Shown: positions 26,160 to 37,800 of the stretch, in pieces
Layout of the letters: the number at the start of each line of letters is the position of its first letter
How positions within the stretch are numbered: the stretch's first letter is position 1
Assembly (NCBI GenBank): GCA_013239625.1
Contig: MU053156.1
Location: forward strand, 186,467 to 250,466
Length of the DNA stretch: 64,000 nt
Source of the DNA: Lama guanicoe
Lineage: Eukaryota
Direction: 5' to 3'
Translations under genes and position numbers: made by a program
Notes under the pieces: model-generated
Told to the model about the DNA's origin: nothing
The model's database searches: none
Seen by the model: the letters and a program-made list of their open reading frames with translations, nothing else

Positions 26160-26260
26160 AGGACTCTGTGCCAGGCCTGCTAAGTGCATCATCCCGTTCT
26201 GTCCTGTGGTGTAGACATCACCACCACTACCCATTTCATAGACAGGAAAATGGAGGTCAG
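26160..26260 (-). mobile_element. MIR SINE fragment
   Basis: ctctgtgccaggcctgctaagtgc...cccatttcatagacaggaaaatggagg. Confidence 0.6.
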
Positions 26261-29094
26261 GGGCACCCAGGACAACCCACATCTGGCAGCCCCTCCCAGG
26301 ATGACCTTTGCCCACAGCTATTACTTCACCCAGAAGCCCCCACCACCCTCCGGGCTGCAGACGGTGTCTCGACCTTCTGTCACCAGCCCTGCACCCCCGA
26401 GGAGCCCCTCTGCCCAGCTTCAGTGCGTATTAGGCCATAATTAATCTGCTTCCTCATCTCTTATTCATCAAAGCTGCACACAGCAGCAACAGGGGCCAGC
26501 GCAGGGAGGGGCCGATATCCCAGTCCCCGGCAGCATCTCCAAGAATCCCACTGGGCCTGCCCATCTCCAAATGCCTCCAACCTCCACATCAAACAGAGGC
26601 TCCCTCCCACAGGATGGCCTCTTGGATTCCACCATGTTGGATGTGCCCCTTGTGGGGACACCTGTACCTCCCACCTCCCTGAGGCTGCTGAGGATGGTCG
26701 ATGAAGCGTGTGCATGGGCCTGTGTATTACACAGTGGTGGGCCTCACCTCGTCCCCTACCTCTGATTCCTGTGGCCGGTCTCCAGGATGGGAGCCAGAGC
26801 CTGGAGAGGGGAGGTGACTCAGGTTGAGTGGGATGTGCAGCACTGACACCTGACCCCCAAGGCTGGATCTGCCCCTTTGCTGACTCCTGGGATGGGGGTG
26901 GTGAGTCCCCAGGTCTCCCTAGTGGTTGCTGGTAAGGGGGCTTAGTGTCCTCTCTCTGTGAGTGAAGGCTGCTGGCCTCTGTCTGCATACCAGCTGGGGC
27001 TGGGGCTCGGACGCTTCTGGTCCCTGAGGGTCCAAAGTGAGGTGCAGGGGCAGAGCTCTGGAAGGCAGGGTCCCCAGGCTGTGTCCAAGGCATCAATGCT
27101 TGATTCATGCCCCTCCCCCACCCCTGCAGGGAATGCGGATCCTTCCAGAGCCACCCACCCGGCAGTGACAGCTAAATTGGGAGCCGCTGTTCACACCGGG
27201 AGCCCTGCGGGCGGTCAAAACCAGGTCGGGGGAGGTGGGACACCTGGTGAGAGGACCTAAGAGTGCCCGTTGGGGTGGGAAGGCAGCCCTAGGCATGGCC
27301 TGCCTGCCAGCTGGCGTAGACCGGAGTAGGGGGCAGGGTGGGCATTGCAGAGCCCTTCTGGGATCCCAGTGAAGCGGGTCCTACTGAACCGACTCTGGCT
27401 TAGTGCGCAGTCTTGCTTTTCCCAGGTCTCTTGGGCCCGAGACCCTTTCCAAGCTGCTGTGATCCATGGAGCGTGAAGATTTGCTTCATTTTCCAGATGG
27501 AGAGGCTGAGGGCAGAGAAGGGCCAGTCCAACTTGGAGCTCAGAGGTCCCACTCAAAAGGCGCCATGGGGGACCCCTTGGCCCTCCCCTCCTCAATGCCT
27601 TCATCCACTCTCTTCCTCAGTCATTTAGTCATTCAACAAACACACTGGGAGGCCAATTCCAGATACCCTTATACCTCTTTGGACTCCACTCACCTCACCC
27701 TCACAGGGTACGGTGGTGGGGGGACTGAGCCCCAGGGAGGACAGCTTGTCCTGAGTCACTCAGCTAATGAACCCCAAACAAAAGCTGTGCCCATGTCATG
27801 TGGTCACCCAGAAGCCTGCTGGGACCGATGCACTAATAGGGCAGGCAATTGGGACAGAGCCCACTTAGCACTCACCTGGTGCCGTGCGTTCTGTTGGGGT
27901 GACTCAGCCAAAGGTCTTGAGGCTCTGCCCCCCAGCAAGTGGCTCTGCACCCCAAGAGCCACGGGACAGAGAGCCATGCACAGGGTGGGTCAGCAGAGCC
28001 TTCATCCCGTGCCCCAGCTTATCCTAGACAGAGCCTCGCCCTGACCCCTGCCCAGGGTCACAGGCCGAGAACAAGGCAGGGACCAGACTGGCCTTCAGGT
28101 GAGACAGAGGTCTCCATGGCCAGGCCTGGAGATGGGCCCTGGCTTCATTGGGTGCAGGTTCTGAGTTTTCTTATCTGTTCAATGGGCCCCCTTGCCTGCC
28201 TCTTCCGTGGGGGTTGGAGGGGATGTTTGCAGCGCCTGGCGTGAGGAAGGGGCTCTGAGGCGGCTGCAGCAGCAGACGGGCCTCTGAGACTGGGGTATTT
28301 TTAGCTAGGATTCTTGCTGACAGGCCAGGCTGGCCAAGGTTTGATGCCAGCCACAGAGGCGCTTCTCCCACCCTGCGTCAGGACATCTAGGGTCTGCCAC
28401 CCAGCCCAGCCCAGCCTCTGCTGCGTGCCCACGGTCCCTCAGCCCATCCAGCTGCAGCCCTTCCCTGTCAGGTAGCTGGTTCTTCCCAGGGGAGGCTCTC
28501 CCAGGCCAGACACTGTGGGAACTGAGCCTGGACCCTGGGGGTACAGCTGAGAACAGGTGAGGAGGGAACCCGGGCGCAGAGCCGTGGACTGCCTTTGTCC
28601 TGGATCTCGGGATCCCAGCCACCACCCCTGACTGGCCTGAGGGTTGGGTTTCTGGGAGGCTCCAGTCAATACTCAGGCTTTGGGCTCTGGCCTCGGCTCC
28701 AGGGTCGGGACTAAGGATGTGCAAGTTTGGCCTGAGGGCCCACTGGCTGCTGCCTCCTCTGGAATTAGTGGTCATCAAGGTGGCCACAGCCACCTGCCTG
28801 GGCCTAGCTCCTCTCCCGGACATCCTGCCCAGTGCTGCCCACCTGCTCTGGTCACTGGGTCTCTTCAGCCTGTCCCACAGTGGAGGCTGGCTCAGCTCAG
28901 GAGCATGTGAGCAGAAGGGCCCACACCTGGGCCTGCAGAGCATCCTGGCTCGACCAGGACCACCTCCCTTCCCTTAGACAAGTGAGGGCACCCAGAGAGA
29001 AGGTCCTGCCCCTGGGCCACTCTCTTGGCACTCTCCCCTTCCGGGGCCTGGGTAGGAGTGGGGTGGGGGAGAACCACAGTCCAGCACGCCTGGA

Positions 29095-29220
29095 CAGCAC
29101 TGCGCCTGCGCACACCGCCCCCGTAGCGGGACGGGGGCTGGCCGGGCGGGGGCGGGGGCGGGGCCGCGGGCGCAGGTCGGTGGAGGTGGATCCGGCCCTG
29201 CGCCCTCGGCCTCGCTGGGG
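29095..29220. promoter_or_regulatory. Orphan CpG micro-island with NRF1 and EGR/SP motifs
   Basis: TGCGCCTGCGCA at 29101-29112 and gcgggggcgggggcggggcc at about 29146-29165. Confidence 0.55.
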
Positions 29221-29249
29221 CTCTGACCGGTTGTTCTCTGAGACCCTGC

Positions 29250-30030
29250 CAAAATAATTGAGGTTCACGTGAAAGAATAAGCAAGCAAGAAACCCAGGGA
29301 AAATTTTAAAATAAGCATACTGAGAGAGACGGGCCATGTGGGATCCTAAAATATATTCTAGAACCACAATAATTAACACAGCCCGTGGACAGTCAGATGA
29401 TGGGAGAGAAAACTCAGAAGGAGACTCCAATGCAAATATGAGAAAGGAGCAGATGAAATCCGGGAGAGAAAAATGGATTGTTCAATACATAATTCAAAAT
29501 ATATAACAAATATATCATCTTAGGACAACTAAACAGACATGTGGGGGGAAATTTTTGATTCCCTACCTCACTCCTTGATACTAAAATAAGTTCCAAATGG
29601 ACCAAACCTTTAAAAAATGGAAAAGAAACCATAAAACTACTAGAAGAATTTAAAAAAAAACCCTATAACCTTGAATCATTCTAAGAATTATACAAAAGCC
29701 AGAAACCATAAAGTACGGGATGGATATATTCAACCTCATAAAAATAAAAGGCAGATGCATGGCAGGGCAGGGGTGGGGGAGGACACAAAATAAAAAGATA
29801 AACAGCATACTGTGGGAATATTGGCAACTCATCTCACGAAAGGACACTTTCTGTTACATATAACAAATCCCTGCAAATTGGTAAGAAAAAGACCAACAAC
29901 CCAAGAGAAAAATGACCAAAATATGAAGTGAATCCGTCAAAAGGCTCAACTTCACTCAAAATGAGAAAGATGTGAATTTAAATTACAGTGAGATGCTGTC
30001 CCCCCACCCCCTGTCAGGGTGGCAAATTTC
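29250..30030 (+). mobile_element. Decayed L1M ORF2 3' region
   Basis: A-rich, with recognisable L1 motifs (ataagttccaaatggacc, aaaccataaaactactagaagaa, aagaaaaagaccaacaacccaagagaaaaatg, aattacagtgagatgc). Confidence 0.8.
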
Positions 30031-30060
30031 ATTAAGGTGAGGGACCCCCTCTACAAGAGA

Positions 30061-30255
30061 GGGGGCACCCCCGAGGAACTGCAGTGGGGTAGGAGACACT
30101 GGCAGGTATAGCTGGAGGGTGGGGGGATACCCCTAAGTAGGGCTGGGGGTAGAAGGGACACCCCCAGGTAGAGCTGGTGGGGGGCACCCCCATGTAGGGC
30201 CGTGGGTAGGGGGACACCCACAGATGGCTGAAGATGGGATAAGAGGGAGACACTG
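30061..30255. repeat. Degenerate ~30-bp G-rich minisatellite (6-7 units)
   Basis: Units resembling ggggacacccccaggtagagctgggggtag, repeated with substitutions. Confidence 0.75.
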
Positions 30256-30682
30256 TCTTGTGCCGCTTTTATTCCTCATCACAGGTTGGGGATCCAGTCA
30301 AAACAGGAAATAAAGCATTATTTTAAAATAAAACAAATGACCCCATCCCCTCCTAGTTGCCACCAGGACAAGGCGGCAGGCAGGAGCTTTCCTGCTGTCC
30401 CAGGTGTGAGGAAGGACCTGCTCCCGCTTGCCTTCACGGGCGCTGTGCCAGCAAGACCTGCTGGAATTCGTCTGTGGTCCTGCTGTCCTGTTGTTGGCAG
30501 CAGTGCCAGATTAACAGGGGTGCTTGGGGGCCCTGCTCCACAAGCCCCCACTGCAGCTCGCACCACGTGCTCCACTGCCCTCCTCACGGGTCCAGGCTTC
30601 GCCCACGTTGCTCTAGCACATCCCAGCTGTCCCCACTTGTCACAAGTGGCCAGCAAATCGTGGGTGTCCCGCAGGCTGGCCA

Positions 30683-30742
30683 CGTGACCCTGGACAGCCT
30701 CTTCCCTCCTAGCCTCAGTTTCCTACTTCATAGGATGGAGAA
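30683..30742 (+). mobile_element. MIR SINE fragment
   Basis: gtgaccctggacagcc...agcctcagtttcctacttcataggatgg. Confidence 0.6.
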
Positions 30743-31637
30743 CTAACAAGAATGGGGAAAGCAGGAGGGGGTGGGATGTGGAGGGTAGCATCCCTGAGGG
30801 TGTCCCAGAGTGGGTCGGGGGTCCCTAAGTTTGCAGGTCCCTCCTAGGGATGACCATCTGGGGGGTACAGAGACAACAGTCATTTGGAGGAGAGGTGAGT
30901 AATCCAGGAGGGCTGCCAGGAGGAGCCAGAGAGCTGGTCCCGACTGCTGGGCCAGGGTGGCCAAGGCTGATTCCTCAAGGACCTACCTGCCTAGTCTTGC
31001 CTGCCCCCTACGCCCGGGACCACCGAGGGGTTGCTTGACCAGCTGAGCTTCAGGGCCCAGAATGAGTCAGGAGCTGCCCTCGCAGAAGCAGAGCTTGTGA
31101 GCCGCCCCCCTGCCCCTCCCACCATAACTTACCCGCTTGTCTGGTCTTGGCAGGACTTTCTCTGCCTGAAAGGTCACCATTTCAGCTGAGGTGGGAGGAT
31201 GGAGGAGAGTGGGGAGCGGGGGTGAGACTGGGAGTGAGAACGGGGCGGGAGGCAACTCCAGAAGCCACTCCAACTGCAGGGTCAGGAATGCATCCTGTGT
31301 GCCCCTCGGGGAGCAAGCCCTGGGACGGGATACTCTGTCTGGGGGACCCAGGCTCTTGGGAGCAGGGAGTCCAGCCCCAGGAGCTCCTGGCCACGGCCAA
31401 GAGCAGGAAGGAGGCTCTGCTGAGTGCCTGTCGCGTGCTGAGCACGGTGTGGTTGGGGCAGAGACTGAGGCCCAGGATAGTCTCCGCGGTGCACAGGAGG
31501 TGGGGAGCGGGGAAGGGCCACACCAGATGTGCGGTGGGTCACTGTCTCCACCTTGTCCAGGCCCCAGGAAGCCCCCCGGATGACAAACCACACCTAAGTG
31601 TCCCTTTGTTCTTGGGGAGTTTCAATGACTGAAAGGC

Positions 31638-31869
31638 AGATCTTGCAACAAAAACAGGACATCAGATAAAAACTAAGGAAAAAGGAATAAAGCTGGGCTT
31701 CAGTTGATAATAATGTGTCAATTTTGGTTCATCTGGAATACACACTAAGCGAGATGTCAACAATGGGGGAAACTTGGTATGTGGTGTATGGGAGCTCCCT
31801 GTGTTACCCTCTCAATTTTTCTGTAAATATAAAACTGTTCTAAAATTCAAAAATTTAGTTTAAAAAAAA
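31638..31869 (+). mobile_element. L1MC/L1MD 3' UTR end with A-rich tail
   Basis: aggacatcagataaaactaaggaa...ttgataataatgtgtcaattttggttcat...tatgggagctccctgtgtt...tttttctgtaaatataaaactgttctaaaa matches the recalled L1MC/MD 3' end. Confidence 0.8.
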
Positions 31870-34800
31870 GAAGAGATGGTTTTGTCAGTGAAAGCCTGGA
31901 ATATACAGAACCAAATGGGAAAACACCTTGCCTCCAGGAGCGACCCAGGCAGTGCACGCCAGTTTTCACCCCGTGGGGCCCAGGCCTGTGCTGCCCTCCC
32001 CTGCTCTCCCTCGCTGACACCAGCCCCACCCCCTCATCCTCCAAACCGCCCTTCCTGGTGGTGGGAGCCCGGTGGGTGCAATCCATCAACCCCGCACTGT
32101 TAGACACGGCGCTGGCTTCTGAGTGAGGCTGACTCTCAGTCTGCAGAGGGTATCCCTGCACCGAGCACCTGGCCCTGCCTCCTCTCCTGGTGGGATGAGG
32201 GGTGATCCCATCTGAGCCACCAGAAGGGGGTGGGGTCAGTGGGCTCAGACCCAGCTGGCCTCTCCTGGGAGGCTGTGGCCGAGTCTCCCTTCCTCTCTGG
32301 CCTCCTTCCATTTCTGCAGAAATCAGAGTTCGGTGGGGAGTGCCCAATCCTGAGGGTCATGGGGGCAGTGTTCAACCCTCCCCCAACACTATAGCCTTAA
32401 CCCTCCTTAGTGAGCGGCCTTGCTGCTCCGGGCTGGGGGCTCCCAGGCTGGGGGCTCCCCTGGTAGAACAAGCACCTGTTCCCTCCCGCTAAGCTCAGGG
32501 GAGGTGGCATGTGGGCGGTGGTGCTCAGCTGGCTGTGCCCACCCAAGCAGGGGCCAAGCAGAGTTCTGCGCATGGCAGGGCTCTCCTCTACTGGCCAGGG
32601 AGCCCAGATTTGCCCCAATTAGGTAACGTCTGCGAGCTCAACTGCAGGAGTGACGAGGGGTTGGGGTGGGTGTGGGGTGAGGGCCCGGCTCTGTTAGCGA
32701 CCTGCTGGGGGCCAGGCCCCAGGCCCCAGGCCCCACCATGCCAGAGGCTCCAGGCGGTCCCGGCCTCCTCCCTCTTTCTCCTTATACACTTGGAAGACTT
32801 ACCCAGGGCCACACATGTCCACTAAAACCTCCTGTTTGGGGACCCAGTGCACTACTGGGTGGCAGCTAGAGGCAGCTGTGGACCCTTCTCTGGGACAGTT
32901 GGGCCAGATATGTCACCAGACCCCATGAACTTGCATTTCATAGTTTCTCATGGGGTGGGACAGCCCTGCTTGGTCAGGGGGTACCTCTCTACTGAAAAGG
33001 GAGACAGCCAACCCCAGCATCTTTCTAGAAGGGAGCACCTGCTCCCGAGAGTCTAACGTAAAACGTGGAGGGTCCCCAAGGCGCTGTGCTGGGCCAGCAC
33101 CTAGACACCGCCCAGCCCCTGCTGTGCCCTGCCATGCGGTCCTCGCCTGCACCCCTTTTCTTCATGTCCACACCCCTTGCTGGCTCCAGGGAGCAGGATC
33201 ATGGCACCATCTGTCAGCCTGTGAGGGTGGGTCCTGCCCTGGGCCAAGCTGCTCAGGTGGGAAGGGGACAAAGCCAGGGGAAGTGGCTGCAAACCCTGGG
33301 CCCCGCAGGGCCAGCCTGGGGCACAGCCAGCTCTGCACCTGTCCCTCCCTCTGCGAGCTCCCCAGGAGGTCCCTCACTGGCCCAGTGGCTCTGGGGTGTG
33401 GACAGGGGAGTGAGGTCCGAGAGCGGTCGCCCTCCTGAGTTCCTGGGTTGGAACAAGGGGATGAAGTGTTCCCTAAAGACAGGAGCTGTCCTGTCCCCAG
33501 GCCCAGTATAGAGCCCTGCCCCCTGGCATCTGCGGACATTTGTCAAAGGGTGGATGGCCCCTCCATTACACAGGAGGGGACACTGAGGCTCGAAGTTGTC
33601 CCAGACGTGCCCGGGGGCCACAGTGAGGGGGTGACAACCCCCCATGGCCACCTCTCCTCTGCCACACCAGGGTGGGTGGGAGGGGAGTGGCTGCAACCAG
33701 GAAATTCTGCTGTAGACTTTTTCAGTTGCATGAGTCTGAGGAGATGATTAAAGGGCGGATTATGGGGAGATGAAATGCGTGAGTGGTGCACAGGACGTAA
33801 CGAGAGCAGAAGAGCCTCAAAGACCCTGCAGCACCCCTGACGGGGTGACTCAGACACAGACACCACACAGTGAACACAGAGGCACAGAGGGCCAGGGCCA
33901 GGCCCTGGATCAGGAGCCCCTGTGCCCTGCCTGCCAGCCTTGGGCCGTCTGATCCTGGGGGCAGCATCTCCCCAGGCCTGGGTCCCAGAGCCTCGGGGAC
34001 CCTGTGGGCACCCAGGCAGGGAACGGCCCACTGCACTGATGGCGATTTTGGCTGGGGAGCGGGGAGGGCACGTCCAGAGTCTTATGGTCTCCATGTGGTG
34101 GGCTGCAGCCCTCATGTGCCAAGAACCACGCTGGGCTGCAGAGAGACCTGGGGATCCAGGGACCATCATGCCTCAGTTTCCCTCATTATATCCAATTTTG
34201 AATAAGATTTCTGTAAAGTGCACCTGTTCCTGGGTGGGCCCAGAGCAGCCCACATCAGAGTGAGAGGCAGAGGGTGTGAACACCCCCACTGGCCGAGCCC
34301 GGCATTTAGCTGGATGGAGGCGGGGGGGGGCACCTGCAGCCCACCATCCCAGCTACCCCAGCCCGGGCCCTCCAGGAGAGGAGGGAAGCCTTGAAGTGCC
34401 AGGCCTTTGAATCGCTGTCTCCATGGCAACACGTGGGCACAAAGGGCCGGGCCTGAGCAGGCGGCGGTGGCTGCAAAAGGCTGGAAGGAGGAGAAGAATC
34501 TTTTATTTATGGGGAGGGAACATCAGCGAGCTGGGCTGCACCCATGGCTGTGGCCAGACTGAGGTCTTGAGGCTGTGCCCTCTGCTTGAAGGTGGGCCCC
34601 TGGGCCAGCACCTACCTGACATACCAGTGAGCCACCCGGCCTGCCCAGAAGGACGGAGTGTGGGTAAATCGAGGGCAGGGCTGGAACGAGAGTCCAACAT
34701 ACACCCAGAGGCCCCCCCGGGGGAAAGGGAGCCTCTTGCCTCACTGTGCCCTTGTCTACACGGCAAACGCAGTGAGACAGGTGCGTGACAGGTGCTAGAG

Positions 34801-37800
34801 CAGGTGCAGGCAGGGGGGAGATGGGACTGAACCAGGCACTGCAGAAATAGAGCTTCAGTGGGGCTGCTTTAGTAGGTGCTGCGAAAGGGCCTCTCAGAGA
34901 GACCAGAAGGAGCCAGGCCTGGGCGTAAAGAACCACAGTGTGAAGGCCCTGAGGCAGGGCAGACTGGAAGCCAGGAGCCCAAGGGGGCCGTCTGGCCCAG
35001 GACAGCCTCTTCCCCTGCCCCACCTGGCCATGGGCGCCATGCCTCCAGCCTCAGGCTTCTTGGCCACCAGGCATCATGGGTCCTGCCTGCCTCAGGCGTG
35101 CCGTCCACTTGTGGCTTCCAGCTGCCAGCGTAGTCGTTCCCCAAGCTCCTCACCCTGTTCCCAGAGCCCCCCAAGCAGGAAACTGCACCCAGGGCACATG
35201 AGGCGGGACTCTGACCCCGAGACCGACAGCAGTGCAGAAACCACCACTGTGAAGCAGAGATTTTATTTCCCTTTTTGAAAGATCTGAGCCAGGTTGAGGA
35301 GAGAGAGAGATGGAGGTGAGTGTCATAGCCCCTTGGTTGCCTCCCCCAGACCCACACCCCATCCTCCCGGCAGTGCGTCCCATCTCCTTTCCCTGTGAAT
35401 GTCGATTGGGGCAATATTTTGTGAAATTGGAAATTCAAAACCAGCATGTACAATGAGCTGCACACACGTCCTCTGTTTGAGGCGAGAGAAGGATGTTGGA
35501 GGGGCACCCCCCGCACACGGTCCTCAGATTTTAATGAGGAGCCAAATCCCAGGGCTGAGAGGGGCTTGTGGCAAACGCCACGTCCCGCCCCCTCCTGCCG
35601 AGACCCGGGCTGGTGTGGAAGCTGCAAGCCCCTGGGGAGCTGGAGAGCCTGGCTCCCGAAACCCACGTGGCCCATCTGAGCTTCTGTCCCCTCACTAGTT
35701 CCCCAGCTCCTGGCCCCCTGTGCTCCAGCCTCAGGGCAATTTCAGGCGGTTGGGGCTGCTGCTTCCATCGCCTCTGGAGACAACACCCCGCGTACCCACC
35801 CCTGCCCCGAGCCACGCTGCCTCCCTCCCGGTGGCGTCTAGGTCCGTTTGGTCTCCCCCAAGTTCAGCTTTAGGGTCTGAGCTCCAGGTGGGAACCATTC
35901 AGGACCTAGGCAAAAGGGAAGGGACAAGGGCTGGGCCAGCAGAAAGACCCATGCAGTGGGGAAAGGGGGGCCCAGCTGGGGCAGGCGGTTCATTCTCCCT
36001 GAGGCACCGTGTCTGGAATGGCCCCAGGGCCCCCACTCCGAAGATGGAGCCTCCAGCTCAGGGAACCTGCATGACAGTGTCCCCCAACCCCCCTCCCCAA
36101 CCAAGACCAAGACGTCAGGGGCAACAAATGGCACATTCTGGCTGCAGCCGCTGCCCAGTGCTGTGGGGCTCAGCCCAGACAAGCCCCAGCTCCTCCTGAT
36201 GGGCTGCCACCTGCTCCCCCAGTTCCCGTCCACCCTCTCTGACCCCACTGGGGACTCCTCTCACCAGACACGTCTCTACATCAGCTCCACGTAGCGGGGC
36301 GGGGGGGGCAGGAAAGTGACGTTTGGGAGAGGGGGAGACAGGGCTCAGGCCAGTGGAACCGTTGGCCTGGGGCACCGTCAGTGCCACCTGGGGCCTGCTA
36401 CAGCCCTGCCGGCCTTTGTGTGCCCTGACTCTCTCCTGGCTCAGCCTCTTCCCACCAACCCCCCAGCTCCTCCCTCCCCTCCTCCCTCAGAGACTGGGAG
36501 CAGGGGCCACTGCCCCGCACGTGGCTGAGAAGGGGCACGAGGCTGCACCCGCTAGAACCTCAGGTCCCCTTGGCAGCCTGAATCAGTGGGCACAGCCAGG
36601 GCCAGTCCTGGGAACAGTGGACGTGAAGACGCCCAGGAAACCCAGCCAAAGGACAGGAGGTCTGAGGCGGGCACTGGTAGCAGCGGGGACACATAGCCAA
36701 CTGGGGTGGCAGCAGAGTCCTTACCCGGCCAGAGAGCCAGGCCAGCACGGGGCCTCTGTTCTGCGTGGGGAGGGGCCGTGTGCTGCAGCCTGTGGCAGTG
36801 GCTTTGTTCAGTTTTTTTGTGGATGAGAAGTTGCTTCCATTCATCATCAAACCCTTTCATTACAAAATGCCCTGTCCTTGAAGACACCGTGCTTCAGGAG
36901 GAGCAAGCAGAAGCAGGTTCAGATGTGCCCTCGGTGAAGTGGGCTTGAGAAACCCACCCCACCCAGCCCTGCCCCTGGGGCCGCCCCTTGGGAAGGCTGC
37001 TGGAATTGGGACTCCACACTGCCTGACTCGAGGCCTGCGGTCACCAGGACCCCGGCCCCGGGCTGGGCCCCCGAAATGCACCTCACGTCTCATTTGCCGG
37101 TTGGGCTGTCACTCAGCACCCGAGTGCACACCGGACACCCTGAGGCGGGGAGGGAGGCAAGTTTGGAGTCTGTCCCTTTCCCAGAGGGAGCTCAGAGGTC
37201 TCCCAGCTTCTCACCCGGCCAAGGCCACAGCCCCAGTGACACACCCGGCTGCACGTCCGGCTCCGCACATGGGGCGCGTCAGGCCAGGCCTGGTCCTCCT
37301 GGTGCTCCCAGTGTCAGACAGGAGGCTGGGGACTTTTGGTGTAGGCTTGGGGGCTGGACGAAGGGCGCCATGAGACTGCAGGCCCTGGAGGGTGAGAGTG
37401 GGAACTGGTCGGGCAGTGGGCACAGCTGGTGTAGGAGACCTTGTGTGTGGACCCGTGTGGGGTTTGGGGGTGCTGGAGCCCCAGGGGTGATGGGGTGGGG
37501 TGGGGATATGGCCTCCGGAGTCCAGCTCGGAGTGTTGGGGTTGGGGGCATTGTCCTCCTGGGCGCCGTGACCTGTGGAAGCACGTCCTCCCCTCCGTCTG
37601 TCCCTCCAGATGGGGATCTGGGTTGGCTGGCCCTGGGCCCTTGGGGGCCACTGGGTGTCTCTGTCTCTCTGGGGCTTGCTGTGGGACAGTGTGATTGCTC
37701 TGGGGCCAGCGCCACCCAGCCAGCTCCTCGCCGCTTCCTCTGGAGGCAGGGGGCCTGGAGAGGGGCTGCAGGGACCCAGCCATCCCCAGCGAGCTGGCCA

